The notes: generated from the sequence alone by a model not told the origin. 64,000 nucleotides of DNA from Candidatus Adlerbacteria bacterium (GCA_026397405.1 JAPLUW010000001.1:339977-403976); one strand, 5' to 3'; counted from the stretch's first letter, positions 26,557 through 37,190 are shown. Made by a program: numbers and translations.

Positions 26557-28794
26557 CTACTCAAAGTGTAGGGTCTGGGCTCGTGCAAAGAGTGCATGCT
26601 GCAGAAGTGGGTGTCTCAGTAAATTTTCGTCCTGCTCCACAAGGGCCAGCGCTTCGGTCCGAGCGGCTTCAACAAGTTTTAGATTCTTTAGTGCTTCCAT
26701 GCCGATGTCAGAGATGCCCCACTGTTTGCGGCCCGAAAGTTCACCGGGCCCGCGCTGCAGCAAGTCTTGTTCGGCAAGTTCAAAACCATTTTTTGCAGTG
26801 GCCAATGCCTTGAGCCGCGCAAGTGTATGTTCGCCGCGGGACTCTGGGCAGACAAAACAATAGGCCTGGTGGTTGCTGCGCACCACGCGCCCGCGTAGTT
26901 GGTGGAGCTGTGCCAAACCAAAGCGCTCGGCGCCCTCGATAAATATCATTGTGGCATTTGGCACGTTGACGCCCACTTCGACCACAGACGTTGCGACCAA
27001 AATGTCGATTTCGTGCGCAGCAAACTTTTGCATCGTTTCGTCTTTTTCCTTCGGCGTCATTTTGCTGTGCAAAATCGCAATCTCGTAGTTTTGGAAGACA
27101 TCTTTCTTAAGTCGTTTTGCTTCTGCGGTGACCGACTTTGCCATCAATGCAAAAGCTTTGTCGGGGTCGGGTTCGTCGATGCGGGGGCAGATAACATATG
27201 CTTGCCGGCCTTCTGCTAATTGCTCGTGGATTTTTGTATAGGCTTTTGGGCGCCCACTGGGGCTTACAATTTCTGTAATAATCCGCTTGCGGCCTGCCGG
27301 CATTTCGTCGAGCAGTGTTAAGTCTAAGTCTCCATATATAGTAAGCGCCAACGTGCGGGGAATGGGGGTAGCTGTCATCGACAACAGATGGGGGAGCCGC
27401 TTTTCTTTAGTCGCAAGTTTTTGTCGTTGTGCGGTACCAAAGCGATGTTGCTCGTCTATCACAACGAGTGCCAAGTGTTTAAACTGCACCGACTTTTGAA
27501 TAAGTGCGTGCGTGCCAATGACAACAGGGATCTCGCCCGCGGCTACCCACTTAAGCAGCTGCGTACGAGAGATAGTGGTCGACTTGCCGCGCCCTATTTT
27601 TGATGGAAATTTATAACATCCCGAGCCCGTAATAAGCCCAATGTTAATAGGGAACGTTTCAAAATATTTTATAAACGACTCAAAATGCTGCTTTGCTAAA
27701 ATTTCGGTCGGGGCCATGTACGCAACCTGCAGCGTGCCAAATTTCTGGTTCTCTGGGCGCGTACGAACAGTCGCATAGGCGGCAGTTGCTGCAACGGCAG
27801 TTTTGCCCGAACCTACATCGCCTTCAAGTAAGCGCGACATCGGGTGGCCGCTGCGCATGTCATGCAAAATTGCCTCAATTGCTTTTTCTTGTGCACCCGT
27901 TGCGGTAAAGGGGAATGTGCCTATAAAGTCGTCGACCGCTTGTTTAGGAGCGTCGACGGCAAAACTTTTTTCGTGTGATTGTTTTTTACGCTCGAGCCCA
28001 CGTTCGAGTTGGATCATAAATACTTCTTCAAACGCAAAACGTTTACGCGCAGCGTCGGCGTCTTTTAATTTTTCAGGTATGTGCATCCACACAAGCGCGC
28101 TGCCAAGCGTTGGTAAGTTGTAGCGCTTTAACATGTCGGGAGGCAGCGGGTCTTCGGTCTGTTCGATAATTCCTGTTGCAAGTACTTTTTGTATCGCATG
28201 GCGGAACCAAAGTGACGTAACTCCGCGGCTTTCGGGGTATTGGGCGAACAGGCCTTCGGCAACAGCTGCCGATTCTGGGTACACAATTTCCTTGCTAGGA
28301 AATTGCTCAGTCCTCGGGCCGTCGCCCTGTGGAGCCCCTCCATCGGCACTATTGCCTCCGGTCTGTACGAATAACCCCTCCTCCGTTGCAGAAATTTTTT
28401 CAAGCTGTGGGTTTGCTAAGTAGAGTTTGCCGGGGGAGCCGGTAACTTTGCCGGTTGCTTTTACACGTGTGCCGTCGGCATACATTTTGGCAATGTAGGG
28501 TTGGTTAAACCACATCAACTTTACGCGGCCGCCTTGGTCGCGCAGGTAGCCGTCGGAAATGGGGATACGCCGCTTCCACGACTTTTTTGTTGTGAGTTTT
28601 TCCAAGATCCCTACAACCGTAACTTCCTGGCCGACCTGCAACTCGCCCGTACTCGCTTCGCTCCCGGCCTGTTCGTAACGAAAGGGGAAGTGGTACAGCA
28701 GGTCGCGTAGTGTTTTTATGCCTAGTTTCCCCAAGGCAGTTTTTTGAATGTTTGTTAGCCGGAAGTGCTCGGAAATGGGTTCGCGTAGATCCAT
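26557..28794 (-). CDS. recG: ATP-dependent DNA helicase RecG
   Basis: Wedge domain, helicase motif I GDVGSGKT, DEQH box (VVIDEQHRFG) and the C-terminal helicase domain. Start chosen at ATG 28794 (MDLREPISEHF...) to avoid the long upstream extension. Confidence 0.85.
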   Translation of the reverse strand: MDLREPISEHFRLTNIQKTALGKLGIKTLRDLLYHFPFRYEQAGSEASTGELQVGQEVTVVGILEKLTTKKSWKRRIPISDGYLRDQGGRVKLMWFNQPYIAKMYADGTRVKATGKVTGSPGKLYLANPQLEKISATEEGLFVQTGGNSADGGAPQGDGPRTEQFPSKEIVYPESAAVAEGLFAQYPESRGVTSLWFRHAIQKVLATGIIEQTEDPLPPDMLKRYNLPTLGSALVWMHIPEKLKDADAARKRFAFEEVFMIQLERGLERKKQSHEKSFAVDAPKQAVDDFIGTFPFTATGAQEKAIEAILHDMRSGHPMSRLLEGDVGSGKTAVAATAAYATVRTRPENQKFGTLQVAYMAPTEILAKQHFESFIKYFETFPINIGLITGSGCYKFPSKIGRGKSTTISRTQLLKWVAAGEIPVVIGTHALIQKSVQFKHLALVVIDEQHRFGTAQRQKLATKEKRLPHLLSMTATPIPRTLALTIYGDLDLTLLDEMPAGRKRIITEIVSPSGRPKAYTKIHEQLAEGRQAYVICPRIDEPDPDKAFALMAKSVTAEAKRLKKDVFQNYEIAILHSKMTPKEKDETMQKFAAHEIDILVATSVVEVGVNVPNATMIFIEGAERFGLAQLHQLRGRVVRSNHQAYCFVCPESRGEHTLARLKALATAKNGFELAEQDLLQRGPGELSGRKQWGISDIGMEALKNLKLVEAARTEALALVEQDENLLRHPLLQHALFARAQTLHFE

Positions 28795-28832
28795 ACATCT
28801 AGTATATAAGCCCTGTGATATACTCGCGAGAT

Positions 28833-29975
28833 ATGAAGAAAAACGACACTGCAGCACGTGCCATTGCATTACACAAAAAACTGGGTGGGAAAATTCGCAT
28901 TACGCCGGCCGTAGCTATTAAAAGCCGGGCCGACATGTCGCTTGTGTACACGCCAGGGGTTGCGGCGGTTTCTATGCTTGTTGCAAAAAACAACAAACTC
29001 GCGCGCGACTACACTATTAAAGGAAAGATGATAGCCGTAATCTCCGACGGCTCGGCAGTGCTTGGGCTCGGTAATATTGGCGCACTCGGGGCGCTTCCAG
29101 TAATGGAAGGGAAGGCCGCGTTGTTTAAAGCGTTTGCAAATGTCGACGCATTCCCAATTGTTTTGGATACACAAAACGTCGACGAAATAGTAAAAACTAT
29201 TGTAAACATTGCACCTGCATTTGGCGGTATTAACCTAGAAGACTTTAAAGCACCCGAATGTTTTGAAATTGAAGACCGCGTCAAAGCCGCGCTCGACATC
29301 CCCGTGATGCACGACGACCAGCATGGCACTGCAATTGCGGTACTCGCAGCACTTATGAATGCATCAAAAGTTGTTGGCAAAAAATTTAATTCTCTCCGCG
29401 TCGTTGTTGCAGGGGCGGGCGCTGCAGGTACTGCAGTTACCAAATTGCTTTTGAAGGCAGGCGTTACAGACGTTATTATGCTCGACCGCAAAGGCACACT
29501 TTCTAAGGACCGCACTGACCTTTCTGGTCACAAAAAAGAACTTGCTGGAATGACAAACCCGCGGAATATAAACGGCACACTACAAGACGCTCTCAAAGAT
29601 GCCGACGTTGTGCTTGGCGTGTCAGGCCCCGGTTTAATGACTGTAAAAGATGTGCAGTTGATGGCAAAAAAAGCGATTGTATTTGCGATGGCAAACCCGA
29701 CGCCGGAAATTATGCCCGAAGACGCAAAAAAGGGCGGTGCGGCAGTTATAGGTACCGGCCGCAGCGACTATCCGAACCAGATAAACAATTCACTCGTCTT
29801 CCCAGGCGTCTTCCGCGGCGCACTCGACAACCGTGTGACAAAAATCACCGACGACATGAAGTTGAAAGCGGCCAAAAACTTGGCAGCATTGGTTAAAAAA
29901 CCAACCGCCGACAAAATTGTCCCTGGGCCGTTTGATAAAGGAGTAGTGCAAGCAGTTGCGAAAGCAATAAAGTAA
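28833..29975 (+). CDS. NAD(P)-dependent malic enzyme (short MaeB-type)
   Basis: ISDGSAVLGLGNIG and VVAGAGAAG dinucleotide motifs, and a FANPTPEI-like motif (AMANPTPEI). Confidence 0.75.
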   Translation: MKKNDTAARAIALHKKLGGKIRITPAVAIKSRADMSLVYTPGVAAVSMLVAKNNKLARDYTIKGKMIAVISDGSAVLGLGNIGALGALPVMEGKAALFKAFANVDAFPIVLDTQNVDEIVKTIVNIAPAFGGINLEDFKAPECFEIEDRVKAALDIPVMHDDQHGTAIAVLAALMNASKVVGKKFNSLRVVVAGAGAAGTAVTKLLLKAGVTDVIMLDRKGTLSKDRTDLSGHKKELAGMTNPRNINGTLQDALKDADVVLGVSGPGLMTVKDVQLMAKKAIVFAMANPTPEIMPEDAKKGGAAVIGTGRSDYPNQINNSLVFPGVFRGALDNRVTKITDDMKLKAAKNLAALVKKPTADKIVPGPFDKGVVQAVAKAIK

Positions 29976-29982
29976 AGATTAT

Positions 29983-30009
29983 CCGCTCGAAAGAGCGGTT
30001 TTTCTTTTT
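29983..30009 (+). terminator. Intrinsic terminator CCGCTC-GAAA-GAGCGG followed by a T run
   Basis: GNRA-looped hairpin followed by TTTTTCTTTTT. Confidence 0.65.
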
Positions 30010-30074
30010 CTTGCACAATGTTGGGAGTTTGGTAGTTTCAAACTAGTTCAACGCTCTTTTTGGAGGAGAAAGCC

Positions 30075-31409
30075 GTGAGCGACATCATAGTAAAAAAGTT
30101 CGGCGGGAGTTCCCTTGCTGACGTAGGCCAATTCGAGAAAGTGTTGCGTATTTTGGAAGTCGATCCACGACGCATGTACATCGTGGCGTCGGCACCCGGC
30201 AAGCGCAAAGGCATGGAGGGCGACCATAAAGTCACCGACCTGCTGCTCGCACTCTACGGCAAGTACGACCGGGCCAAAAACACTCCGAAGACAGTCATTG
30301 TCGGGATGATTCGGGACCGGTTCCTCGGTATCGCGCAAGGGCTTGGACTCGAGGTGTTCGAGGAAGACGAGTTCGACATCCTGCATACCGCGTCCGATAC
30401 CTTCCACGACATGGACTCAATTGTGGCATTGGGCGAATACTGGAACGGCCGCATTCTTGCAAAAGCGCGACATGTTCCATTCGTAGACGCAAAAGATGTC
30501 GTCAAGCTGAACAAAGACGGAATGCTCGACATGAATGCAACGCTGCAAAGTCGTGAACTTTTGTTGAACTACAAGGACGGCTGCGTCATCCCAGGGTTTT
30601 ACGGAGTAATGCCTAACGGTACCGTTAAAACATTTACCCGGGGCGGGTCAGACCTTTCGGGTACCGTAGTCGCGAGGGTTGTCGGAGCTGCGGAGTGTCA
30701 GCTATGGAGCGATGTGTCGGGTATGTTGATGACCGACCCGCGTATCGTTCCTCATGCCAAACCTATTCGCTTCCTCACCTATGCAGAGGCTGGTGAAATG
30801 GCATACGGGGGCGCAAACGTCTTGCATCCGGAAACAACTTTTCCGGTGGAAGAGGTGGATATTCCCATTCGGCTGCTCAACACAAACCAGCCTGATGACG
30901 AAGGGACGCGTATTGTCCCCGACCATTTGGCTCCCGAGAGAGTGCCGGGTTCCATCGTTGGTATTGCGGGTCGCCAACCGTTTGCGGTCATCGGAGTCAA
31001 AAAACCCTCGATGAACTCCGAAGTCGGTTTCATCCATCGTGTTTCTGGCGCGTTCGTTCGCCATGATGTCAACATAGAACATATGCCGGGTGGTATTCGT
31101 ACGTTAAACATCATTGCCTCAAAGGAGCAGCTTAACGGCAAGCTTTCGGCAGTGATATCGGACATCGAATGGGACTGTGCGCCTGTCGAAGTTCTTCTCC
31201 ACACTGACATGGCACTTATTTGCATAGTCGGCAGAGGTATGTCGCACACTCCCGGAGTCGCTCTGCTTCCTTTGCAGGCTCTGGCATCCGTAGACGTTAG
31301 TGTGCGAATGATAGATCAAGACTCCAACGAATTGAACATCATCATCGGTGTCAACGTGGGCGACTATGAGACGGCGGTCCGCGCTATCTATGCGGCATTC
31401 GTTACGTAA
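30075..31409 (+). CDS. lysC: Aspartate kinase (with C-terminal ACT domains)
   Basis: IVKKFGGSSL amino-acid-kinase N-terminus and C-terminal ACT repeats. GTG start at 30075 follows a GGAGGAG SD. The gene is markedly GC-rich (about 57%) compared with neighbours. Confidence 0.75.
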   Translation: MSDIIVKKFGGSSLADVGQFEKVLRILEVDPRRMYIVASAPGKRKGMEGDHKVTDLLLALYGKYDRAKNTPKTVIVGMIRDRFLGIAQGLGLEVFEEDEFDILHTASDTFHDMDSIVALGEYWNGRILAKARHVPFVDAKDVVKLNKDGMLDMNATLQSRELLLNYKDGCVIPGFYGVMPNGTVKTFTRGGSDLSGTVVARVVGAAECQLWSDVSGMLMTDPRIVPHAKPIRFLTYAEAGEMAYGGANVLHPETTFPVEEVDIPIRLLNTNQPDDEGTRIVPDHLAPERVPGSIVGIAGRQPFAVIGVKKPSMNSEVGFIHRVSGAFVRHDVNIEHMPGGIRTLNIIASKEQLNGKLSAVISDIEWDCAPVEVLLHTDMALICIVGRGMSHTPGVALLPLQALASVDVSVRMIDQDSNELNIIIGVNVGDYETAVRAIYAAFVT

Positions 31410-31518
31410 CCAATATACGGCACTGCTCCAGTAATGGGGCAGTTTTCTTTTTTATTCCTGTTTCCGTTTTTGCTCCAAAAATGCTAAGGTGTTTCTGTTC
31501 GGCTCTGCATATATAAAA

Positions 31519-31607
31519 GGAGAGGTGTCAGAGTGGTCGATTGTGCCTCCTTGCTAAGGAGGTAGAGGGTAAACCTCTCGAGGGTTCGAATCCCTCCCTC
31601 TCCGCCA
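31519..31607 (+). tRNA. tRNA-Ser (anticodon GCU), with CCA encoded
   Basis: Acceptor GGAGAGG, anticodon loop TTGCTAA, long variable arm, T-arm GGTTCGAATCC, 3' CCA. Confidence 0.85.
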
Positions 31608-31612
31608 AATGA

Positions 31613-31642
31613 AAAACAGATGCTTTTGCATCTGATTTTTTA
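31613..31642 (+). terminator. Intrinsic terminator CAGATGC-TTTT-GCATCTG followed by ATTTTTTATTT
   Basis: Perfect 7-bp stem plus a T-tract, directly after tRNA-Ser. Confidence 0.7.
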
Positions 31643-31808
31643 TTTCTGCGGAATAGCGGTCGGGATTCGAAAGGCGGAAAAATTCATTCGGGGAATGAAT
31701 TTTGAGCCGGGGTCGCGAGATTTTTCAGCAGAAAAATACTTGTGACCGAATCCCTCTCTCACATCCTCAATCCCTCCAATTTCACCTCAAATAGTGTATA
31801 TTCTATAA

Positions 31809-33422
31809 ATGCATATAGTAAAAAAGGTTATCTCATACATACGACACCTTCCTCTGAAGTATTCCCTAGGTGGGGGAGCGGCTATTGCTGTCGCACTTGT
31901 CTTGGGTGTGCATATGCTCACACGCCCAGATGCTGGTGCAACACTGGCGCCACAAGTGTCCCACGTGCGCATTGCTTCGGTCGCGAGCCTTTCATCCCAA
32001 ACAGCGGGGCCATTGCCGGTTACTGGTACCGTTACCTCGCTTAACGAAGCAGTTATTCTTGCACAAAGCTCGGGCGAAGTTGTGGTACTTAACCGCGAAC
32101 TAGGTGACTACGTATCCGCGGGCACCATTATTGCCCAGCTCGAAAACAGCAGCCAGCGTGCGGCGGTGCTCCAAGCGCAGGGTGCGTACGACGCTGCGCA
32201 GGCAACATTTGCAAACACAAGTGGCACCAATGCGACAAACTCGGGCATTAGTGCTGCGCAGGCAAAACAAAATGTAATTAATGCACAAAACGCTGCCGAC
32301 ACGTCACTTCAAAGTCTCTACAGTGCGCTCGACGATGCAGTGCACACCAAAGCAGACCTTTTGTTTGTTGATCCACATACAAACCCAAAACTTATATTGA
32401 CCGTCTCTGACAGCCAGCTGCTTATTACTTTGCAAAACGAACGCGGACAGCTTGACCTGACACTTGCAAATGCAAGCACTCTCGCAAATAAAACATCTCG
32501 CACTGACACCGATGCAGACATTGCTGCCATGAATGCACACGCACGTCTCATTTCGACCTTCCTTAACAACTTGGTTGATGCGGTCAACAAGTCTATACCA
32601 AGCCAGACTGTCTCTGCGTCGCAAATTGCGGCGTTTCAGGCATCGGTTGGTGTTGCGCGCACATCTGTCACGAGCGCTGTCGCTGCGCTTGCGGGAGCCA
32701 AGGTCTCGTACGACAACGCAGTTGCAAGTGCGGCGGCAGCAACAAATACTGCAGGGACGGGAACGTCAAACAGTATCAGCATTGCAGAAGCAAATGTGAC
32801 ACAAGCACAAGGTGCATTAAATGCAGCGCGTGCAACACTTGAAAAAACAATTATCCGTTCGCCAATTTCAGGCACTATTGTGAGTCTCCCCCTCACGCGC
32901 GGCGGGTTTGTGTCCATGGCGACTCAAGTTGCACAAGTGTCGAACCCTAGCGCACTCGAAGTAAAAGCGTATGTGACTCCAAATGACGCAAAAACTCTTG
33001 CAGTCGGAGGCGCTGCGGTTATAGGTGAAGGGACACAAGGAGTAATTGTCTCAATTGCGCCAGCACTCGACCCAACAACAGGCAAGATTTTGGTCACGGT
33101 GGGTATTGTCGGGAGTCAAAGTGCACTGACCGACGGCGAAACAACCACCGTTTCTATTGCCCGTGCTACTGCTGCACAAAAACCAAAAATAAAAAATGCA
33201 TCAACAGATATTCTTATTCCTATTATTGCGGCAAAAATTACTCCCGAAGGCCCGATAGCATTTACGGTCAGCTCCTCTACGTTGCAGCAAATTCCTATTA
33301 CGCTCGGGACCATACTCGGTAGCCAAGTAACAGTATTAACAGGTCTTACAGGGGAGTCGGTAATCGTCACAGACGCTCGCGGCCTTTCAAACGGCCAAAC
33401 AGTGGTTGTCGACACACACTAA
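31809..33422 (+). CDS. Efflux RND transporter periplasmic adaptor (membrane fusion protein, HlyD family)
   Basis: N-terminal TM, a long Ala/Gln-rich coiled coil, a lipoyl-like domain (IIRSPISGTIVSLP) and a beta-barrel domain. Translationally coupled to the downstream RND permease. Confidence 0.7.
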   Translation: MHIVKKVISYIRHLPLKYSLGGGAAIAVALVLGVHMLTRPDAGATLAPQVSHVRIASVASLSSQTAGPLPVTGTVTSLNEAVILAQSSGEVVVLNRELGDYVSAGTIIAQLENSSQRAAVLQAQGAYDAAQATFANTSGTNATNSGISAAQAKQNVINAQNAADTSLQSLYSALDDAVHTKADLLFVDPHTNPKLILTVSDSQLLITLQNERGQLDLTLANASTLANKTSRTDTDADIAAMNAHARLISTFLNNLVDAVNKSIPSQTVSASQIAAFQASVGVARTSVTSAVAALAGAKVSYDNAVASAAAATNTAGTGTSNSISIAEANVTQAQGALNAARATLEKTIIRSPISGTIVSLPLTRGGFVSMATQVAQVSNPSALEVKAYVTPNDAKTLAVGGAAVIGEGTQGVIVSIAPALDPTTGKILVTVGIVGSQSALTDGETTTVSIARATAAQKPKIKNASTDILIPIIAAKITPEGPIAFTVSSSTLQQIPITLGTILGSQVTVLTGLTGESVIVTDARGLSNGQTVVVDTH

Positions 33423-33425
33423 CGT

Positions 33426-36400
33426 ATGCTTTGGCTTTGGAACTTTTTTCTTGAACGGAAACAGTTTAGCTACGTACTTATTGGTACGCTGGTTATTGCA
33501 GGGTTCTACTCGTTACTCCAGATCCCAAAGGAAAATTCGCCATCTATTGTTATACCCGACGGCATTGTGTCGGTTGCACTGCCAGGTGCGTCGGCTGCCG
33601 ACATGGAGACGCTTGTTACCGACAAACTCGAAAACAAAATTTCGGGGTTGAGCAACGTACACAAAGTTACTTCCAATTCGAGCGACGGCGTGTCTGTTGT
33701 AACAGTCGAATTTGATGCAAGCGCCGACGTTACTCAGTCGATACAGGAACTGCGTGATGTTGTCGCAAAAGCAGTGCCGGAACTTCCTACAGATGCTACG
33801 ACACCGCAGGTAAGTAAAGTCGATATCAGTAACCAGCCGGTGCTTGTTGTTTCTATTTCGGGAGACTTACCACTTACAGAATTTTCTGCACTCGGCACTA
33901 CCATTTCTGACGAGATAAAAAGTGTTACAGGGGTGTCTGACATTTCTATTGCCGGCGTACCCGACCGGCAAGTCACAGTTGTTGTCAGTAAGGAGCAACT
34001 TCAACAGTACGGCCTGCGGCTTATCGATGTTATTGCGGCTATTCGTGCGGCAAATGTTGCGGCACCTGCCGGAAGTATTTCTATGGATGGTGTTAACTAC
34101 AACGTTAACTTTAAAGGTGGCATTACCGACCCAAAGGAAATACAAGACATTGCCGTCGGGTCAAAAAATAATATTCCTATATATGTGCGCGATATTGCAG
34201 TAGTTTCAGACGCGCTTGCTCCTGCAACAACATACTCGCGCCTCTCCCTTGGCGGCAAACCGAGCAACCAGGCAATGACGCTGCTTATTTCAAAACAAGC
34301 AGGTGCAAGTGTGCAGGGCGTTGCCGATGCAGTCAAAGCAAAAGTAGCAAGCATGCAGCAAGGGACGTTGAAAGGGCTCGATGTATTTATCTCTCCGTCG
34401 ACCGACCAAGGTGTCCAGGTGCGTAAACAGCTGGGTGACTTAACCAAAACAGGGTTGGAAACAGTGGGGCTCGTTATTATTGTGCTGCTTCTGACCATCG
34501 GATGGCGCGAGTCAATTGTAGCCGCCCTCGCCATACCGCTGTCGTTCCTCATTGCGTTTATTGGGCTGTACTTCACCGGCAATACACTTAACTTCATAAG
34601 CCTCTTTGCACTTATTTTGGCGGTAGGTATTTTGGTGGACTCCGGCATTGTGGTGACAGAAGCTATTCACGCCCGCATGAAGGTGCACGGCAACCCCATG
34701 GATGCTGCACGTGCGGCGCTACACGACTATGCGTGGCCGCTTATTGCGGGAACTATGGCAACGGTCGCAGTGTTCGCTCCACTCTTTTTTATCTCCGGCA
34801 TCATAGGTAAATTTATTGCGGGTATTCCATACACACTTATCTTTGTGCTTATGGCGTCGATTTTTGTGGCGCTCGGCATTGTCCCACTTATTGCAGTGTT
34901 GTTTACCAAGCAATCAGGACAGAGCCGGTTTGAAGAGTGGCAGGAAATGTATACCGACAAGGCAACGCATTGGTACAAAAATAATCTACACAAAATCCTG
35001 GCGAGTGCGCGTTTGCAACGCCGTTTTTTGTGGACGCTCGGTATATTGTTTACCCTCTCGCTCGCGCTGCCATTTACGGGCCTGGTGCAGACAACATTCT
35101 TTCCACAAGACGACCAAGACTTTGTGTATATCAACATCCAAAAACCCCAAGGCACAACATTGTCCACAACTGACCTTACGGTCCGCGAAATCGAAGAATT
35201 GCTCTATGCGGACCCGGACATTTCATCACTACAAACAACAGTAGGACAAAGCTCTGGTGTGGCAGGGGGCGGGGGCTCTGCGGGCAGCAACCAAGCAAAT
35301 ATTACGGTCAACTTGCCGCTTGGTCATAAAAAAACCAGTACCGAAATTGCAAACGAATTGGGGCAGCGCCTTGCAGTTGTAACAGATGCGTCGGTCCAAG
35401 TACTGCAAGCAAACAACGGCCCGTCTGCGGGTGCGCCTATCCAAATTCAGTTTAAAGGAGACAACCTTAACGACTTGGTCAAAGCAGCAGAAGCAGGGAA
35501 GCAACTGCTCGCTACTATTCCGCACGTCACCAACGTTACGGCAACAACACAAAACAATGGAACCGAGTTTGACTTGACCGTTAACAGAGGTAAGGCCACA
35601 GCGCTAGGTTTGAGCACGCAAGTTGTCGCACAAACATTGCGTGCTGCTATACAAGGCACCAAGGCAACCAGCATCACACAGCCATCTAAAGACATCGACG
35701 TCGTGGTTAAGCTCAACTTAAATGCCAACTACACCGACCCGTCTGACACATCCCGCACGACAATTGATACGATAAAAAACCTCACCATACAGGGTGCTGC
35801 AGGGCCGGTGCTGCTTGGTACGGTCCTCGACGACACGCTGGGCCCAAGCAATGCAAACATTGCCCATATAGAAAAAACTCGAGTCGAAACAATTTCTGCC
35901 TACCCCGACGACAAAACAACCGCAACTGCAGTGGTCGCAGAATTTCAAAAACGTGTAACAGAGTTGCGGTTGCCGGCAGGTGTTGCCGTCGCATACGGTG
36001 GTGAGACAGAAGACATCACGCGTTCGTTTATAGAAATGTTTGTTGCACTTATTGCAGGGCTCGTGCTGATGTTCATGATTCTTATTTTGTGTTTTAACTC
36101 CATTCGCTACACCTTCCAGTTGCTGCTTATTGTGCCACTCTCGCTTATTGGTGTGCTCGACGGTTTGGCACTTACCGGGCAGCCGGTGTCGTTTACGTCG
36201 CTGCTTGGCATCATTGCGCTTGGTGGCGTGATTATTAACCACGCGATTATTTTGATGGACTCGATGATCCATCAGCTCCACGCCGCGCCGAACATGGCAC
36301 TTATTGACTCGGTCGTAGAATCTTCTGCAACACGCCTACGTCCTATTTTCCTCACCACCGTTACAACCATTGTTGGTATGATCCCGCTTGCAGAGTCCAA

Positions 36401-36521
36401 CCCTACGTGGGGGCCGCTCGCATTTTCAGTTATGTTTGGACTTGGGTTTGCTATCTGCCTTACGCTCGTACTCGTTCCCGTATTATTTTTCCGCACACAA
36501 CAAAAGAAGGGACTAAAATAA
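33426..36521 (+). CDS. RND efflux transporter permease (AcrB/HAE1-like)
   Basis: 1031 aa with the 12-TM pseudo-repeat architecture. Conserved RND TM4/TM10 regions (GILVDSGIVVTEAI..., GVIINHAIILMD). Confidence 0.8.
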   Translation: MLWLWNFFLERKQFSYVLIGTLVIAGFYSLLQIPKENSPSIVIPDGIVSVALPGASAADMETLVTDKLENKISGLSNVHKVTSNSSDGVSVVTVEFDASADVTQSIQELRDVVAKAVPELPTDATTPQVSKVDISNQPVLVVSISGDLPLTEFSALGTTISDEIKSVTGVSDISIAGVPDRQVTVVVSKEQLQQYGLRLIDVIAAIRAANVAAPAGSISMDGVNYNVNFKGGITDPKEIQDIAVGSKNNIPIYVRDIAVVSDALAPATTYSRLSLGGKPSNQAMTLLISKQAGASVQGVADAVKAKVASMQQGTLKGLDVFISPSTDQGVQVRKQLGDLTKTGLETVGLVIIVLLLTIGWRESIVAALAIPLSFLIAFIGLYFTGNTLNFISLFALILAVGILVDSGIVVTEAIHARMKVHGNPMDAARAALHDYAWPLIAGTMATVAVFAPLFFISGIIGKFIAGIPYTLIFVLMASIFVALGIVPLIAVLFTKQSGQSRFEEWQEMYTDKATHWYKNNLHKILASARLQRRFLWTLGILFTLSLALPFTGLVQTTFFPQDDQDFVYINIQKPQGTTLSTTDLTVREIEELLYADPDISSLQTTVGQSSGVAGGGGSAGSNQANITVNLPLGHKKTSTEIANELGQRLAVVTDASVQVLQANNGPSAGAPIQIQFKGDNLNDLVKAAEAGKQLLATIPHVTNVTATTQNNGTEFDLTVNRGKATALGLSTQVVAQTLRAAIQGTKATSITQPSKDIDVVVKLNLNANYTDPSDTSRTTIDTIKNLTIQGAAGPVLLGTVLDDTLGPSNANIAHIEKTRVETISAYPDDKTTATAVVAEFQKRVTELRLPAGVAVAYGGETEDITRSFIEMFVALIAGLVLMFMILILCFNSIRYTFQLLLIVPLSLIGVLDGLALTGQPVSFTSLLGIIALGGVIINHAIILMDSMIHQLHAAPNMALIDSVVESSATRLRPIFLTTVTTIVGMIPLAESNPTWGPLAFSVMFGLGFAICLTLVLVPVLFFRTQQKKGLK

Positions 36522-36528
36522 CGTCCTG

Positions 36529-37149
36529 TTAGGAATACGCTAAGGCAACACACTCAACACGCGCAGCACCTGCCTTTTTTAATGCACGTGTGGCTTCGGC
36601 AAACGTAGCGCCCGTTGTTGAAACGTCGTCTACAACTACGCACACACGGCCCGCAATTTTTTTTGGGTCTTGTGCGTGCATCGAACCTTCTATGTTTGTA
36701 AGCCGTAGATGTTTGTGTAGGCCTTGTTGTGGAGGAGTGGCACGGGTTCGCGTAAGTGCGTACGGTACGTAGTCAAAAAAACTACTCGCATGTACGAGCG
36801 CGGCTCTGCACAACACCTCTGTTTGGTTGTGTCCGCGCTGGCGCCTTCTGGCTGCATGTATCGGTATGGGTACAAGTACAGGCTTTCCTAATTCTTCTGA
36901 GGCTATTCCAATGAGCACTTCAGAAAGTATTGCGCCGGCAAGTACTGCAGCACGGGGATGTGCATAATATTTTAGTTCCCACACAAGTGCCGTCACGCGT
37001 TTGTCATGATAGGGAAGGCTGCCTGCTCGGTCGCCGCGTAACACGAGTAGTTGCAACTGCTGCAAAGTTAATGCGCGGACAATGTTTTCTGTTCTGCGTG
37101 GAGGAGCTACAATGTCGATAAGTGTAGAGAAAAAAGAGTAGAGAGACAT
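36529..37149 (-). CDS. comFC: ComF family protein (ComFC, phosphoribosyltransferase domain)
   Basis: PRTase motif VCVVVDDVSTTGATFAE and an N-terminal zinc-finger-like region. It lies divergent from pilM. Confidence 0.7.
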   Translation of the reverse strand: MSLYSFFSTLIDIVAPPRRTENIVRALTLQQLQLLVLRGDRAGSLPYHDKRVTALVWELKYYAHPRAAVLAGAILSEVLIGIASEELGKPVLVPIPIHAARRRQRGHNQTEVLCRAALVHASSFFDYVPYALTRTRATPPQQGLHKHLRLTNIEGSMHAQDPKKIAGRVCVVVDDVSTTGATFAEATRALKKAGAARVECVALAYS

Positions 37150-37190
37150 ACTACTAATGATATACTAGCAAGTGTTCATCTCACCTCATT

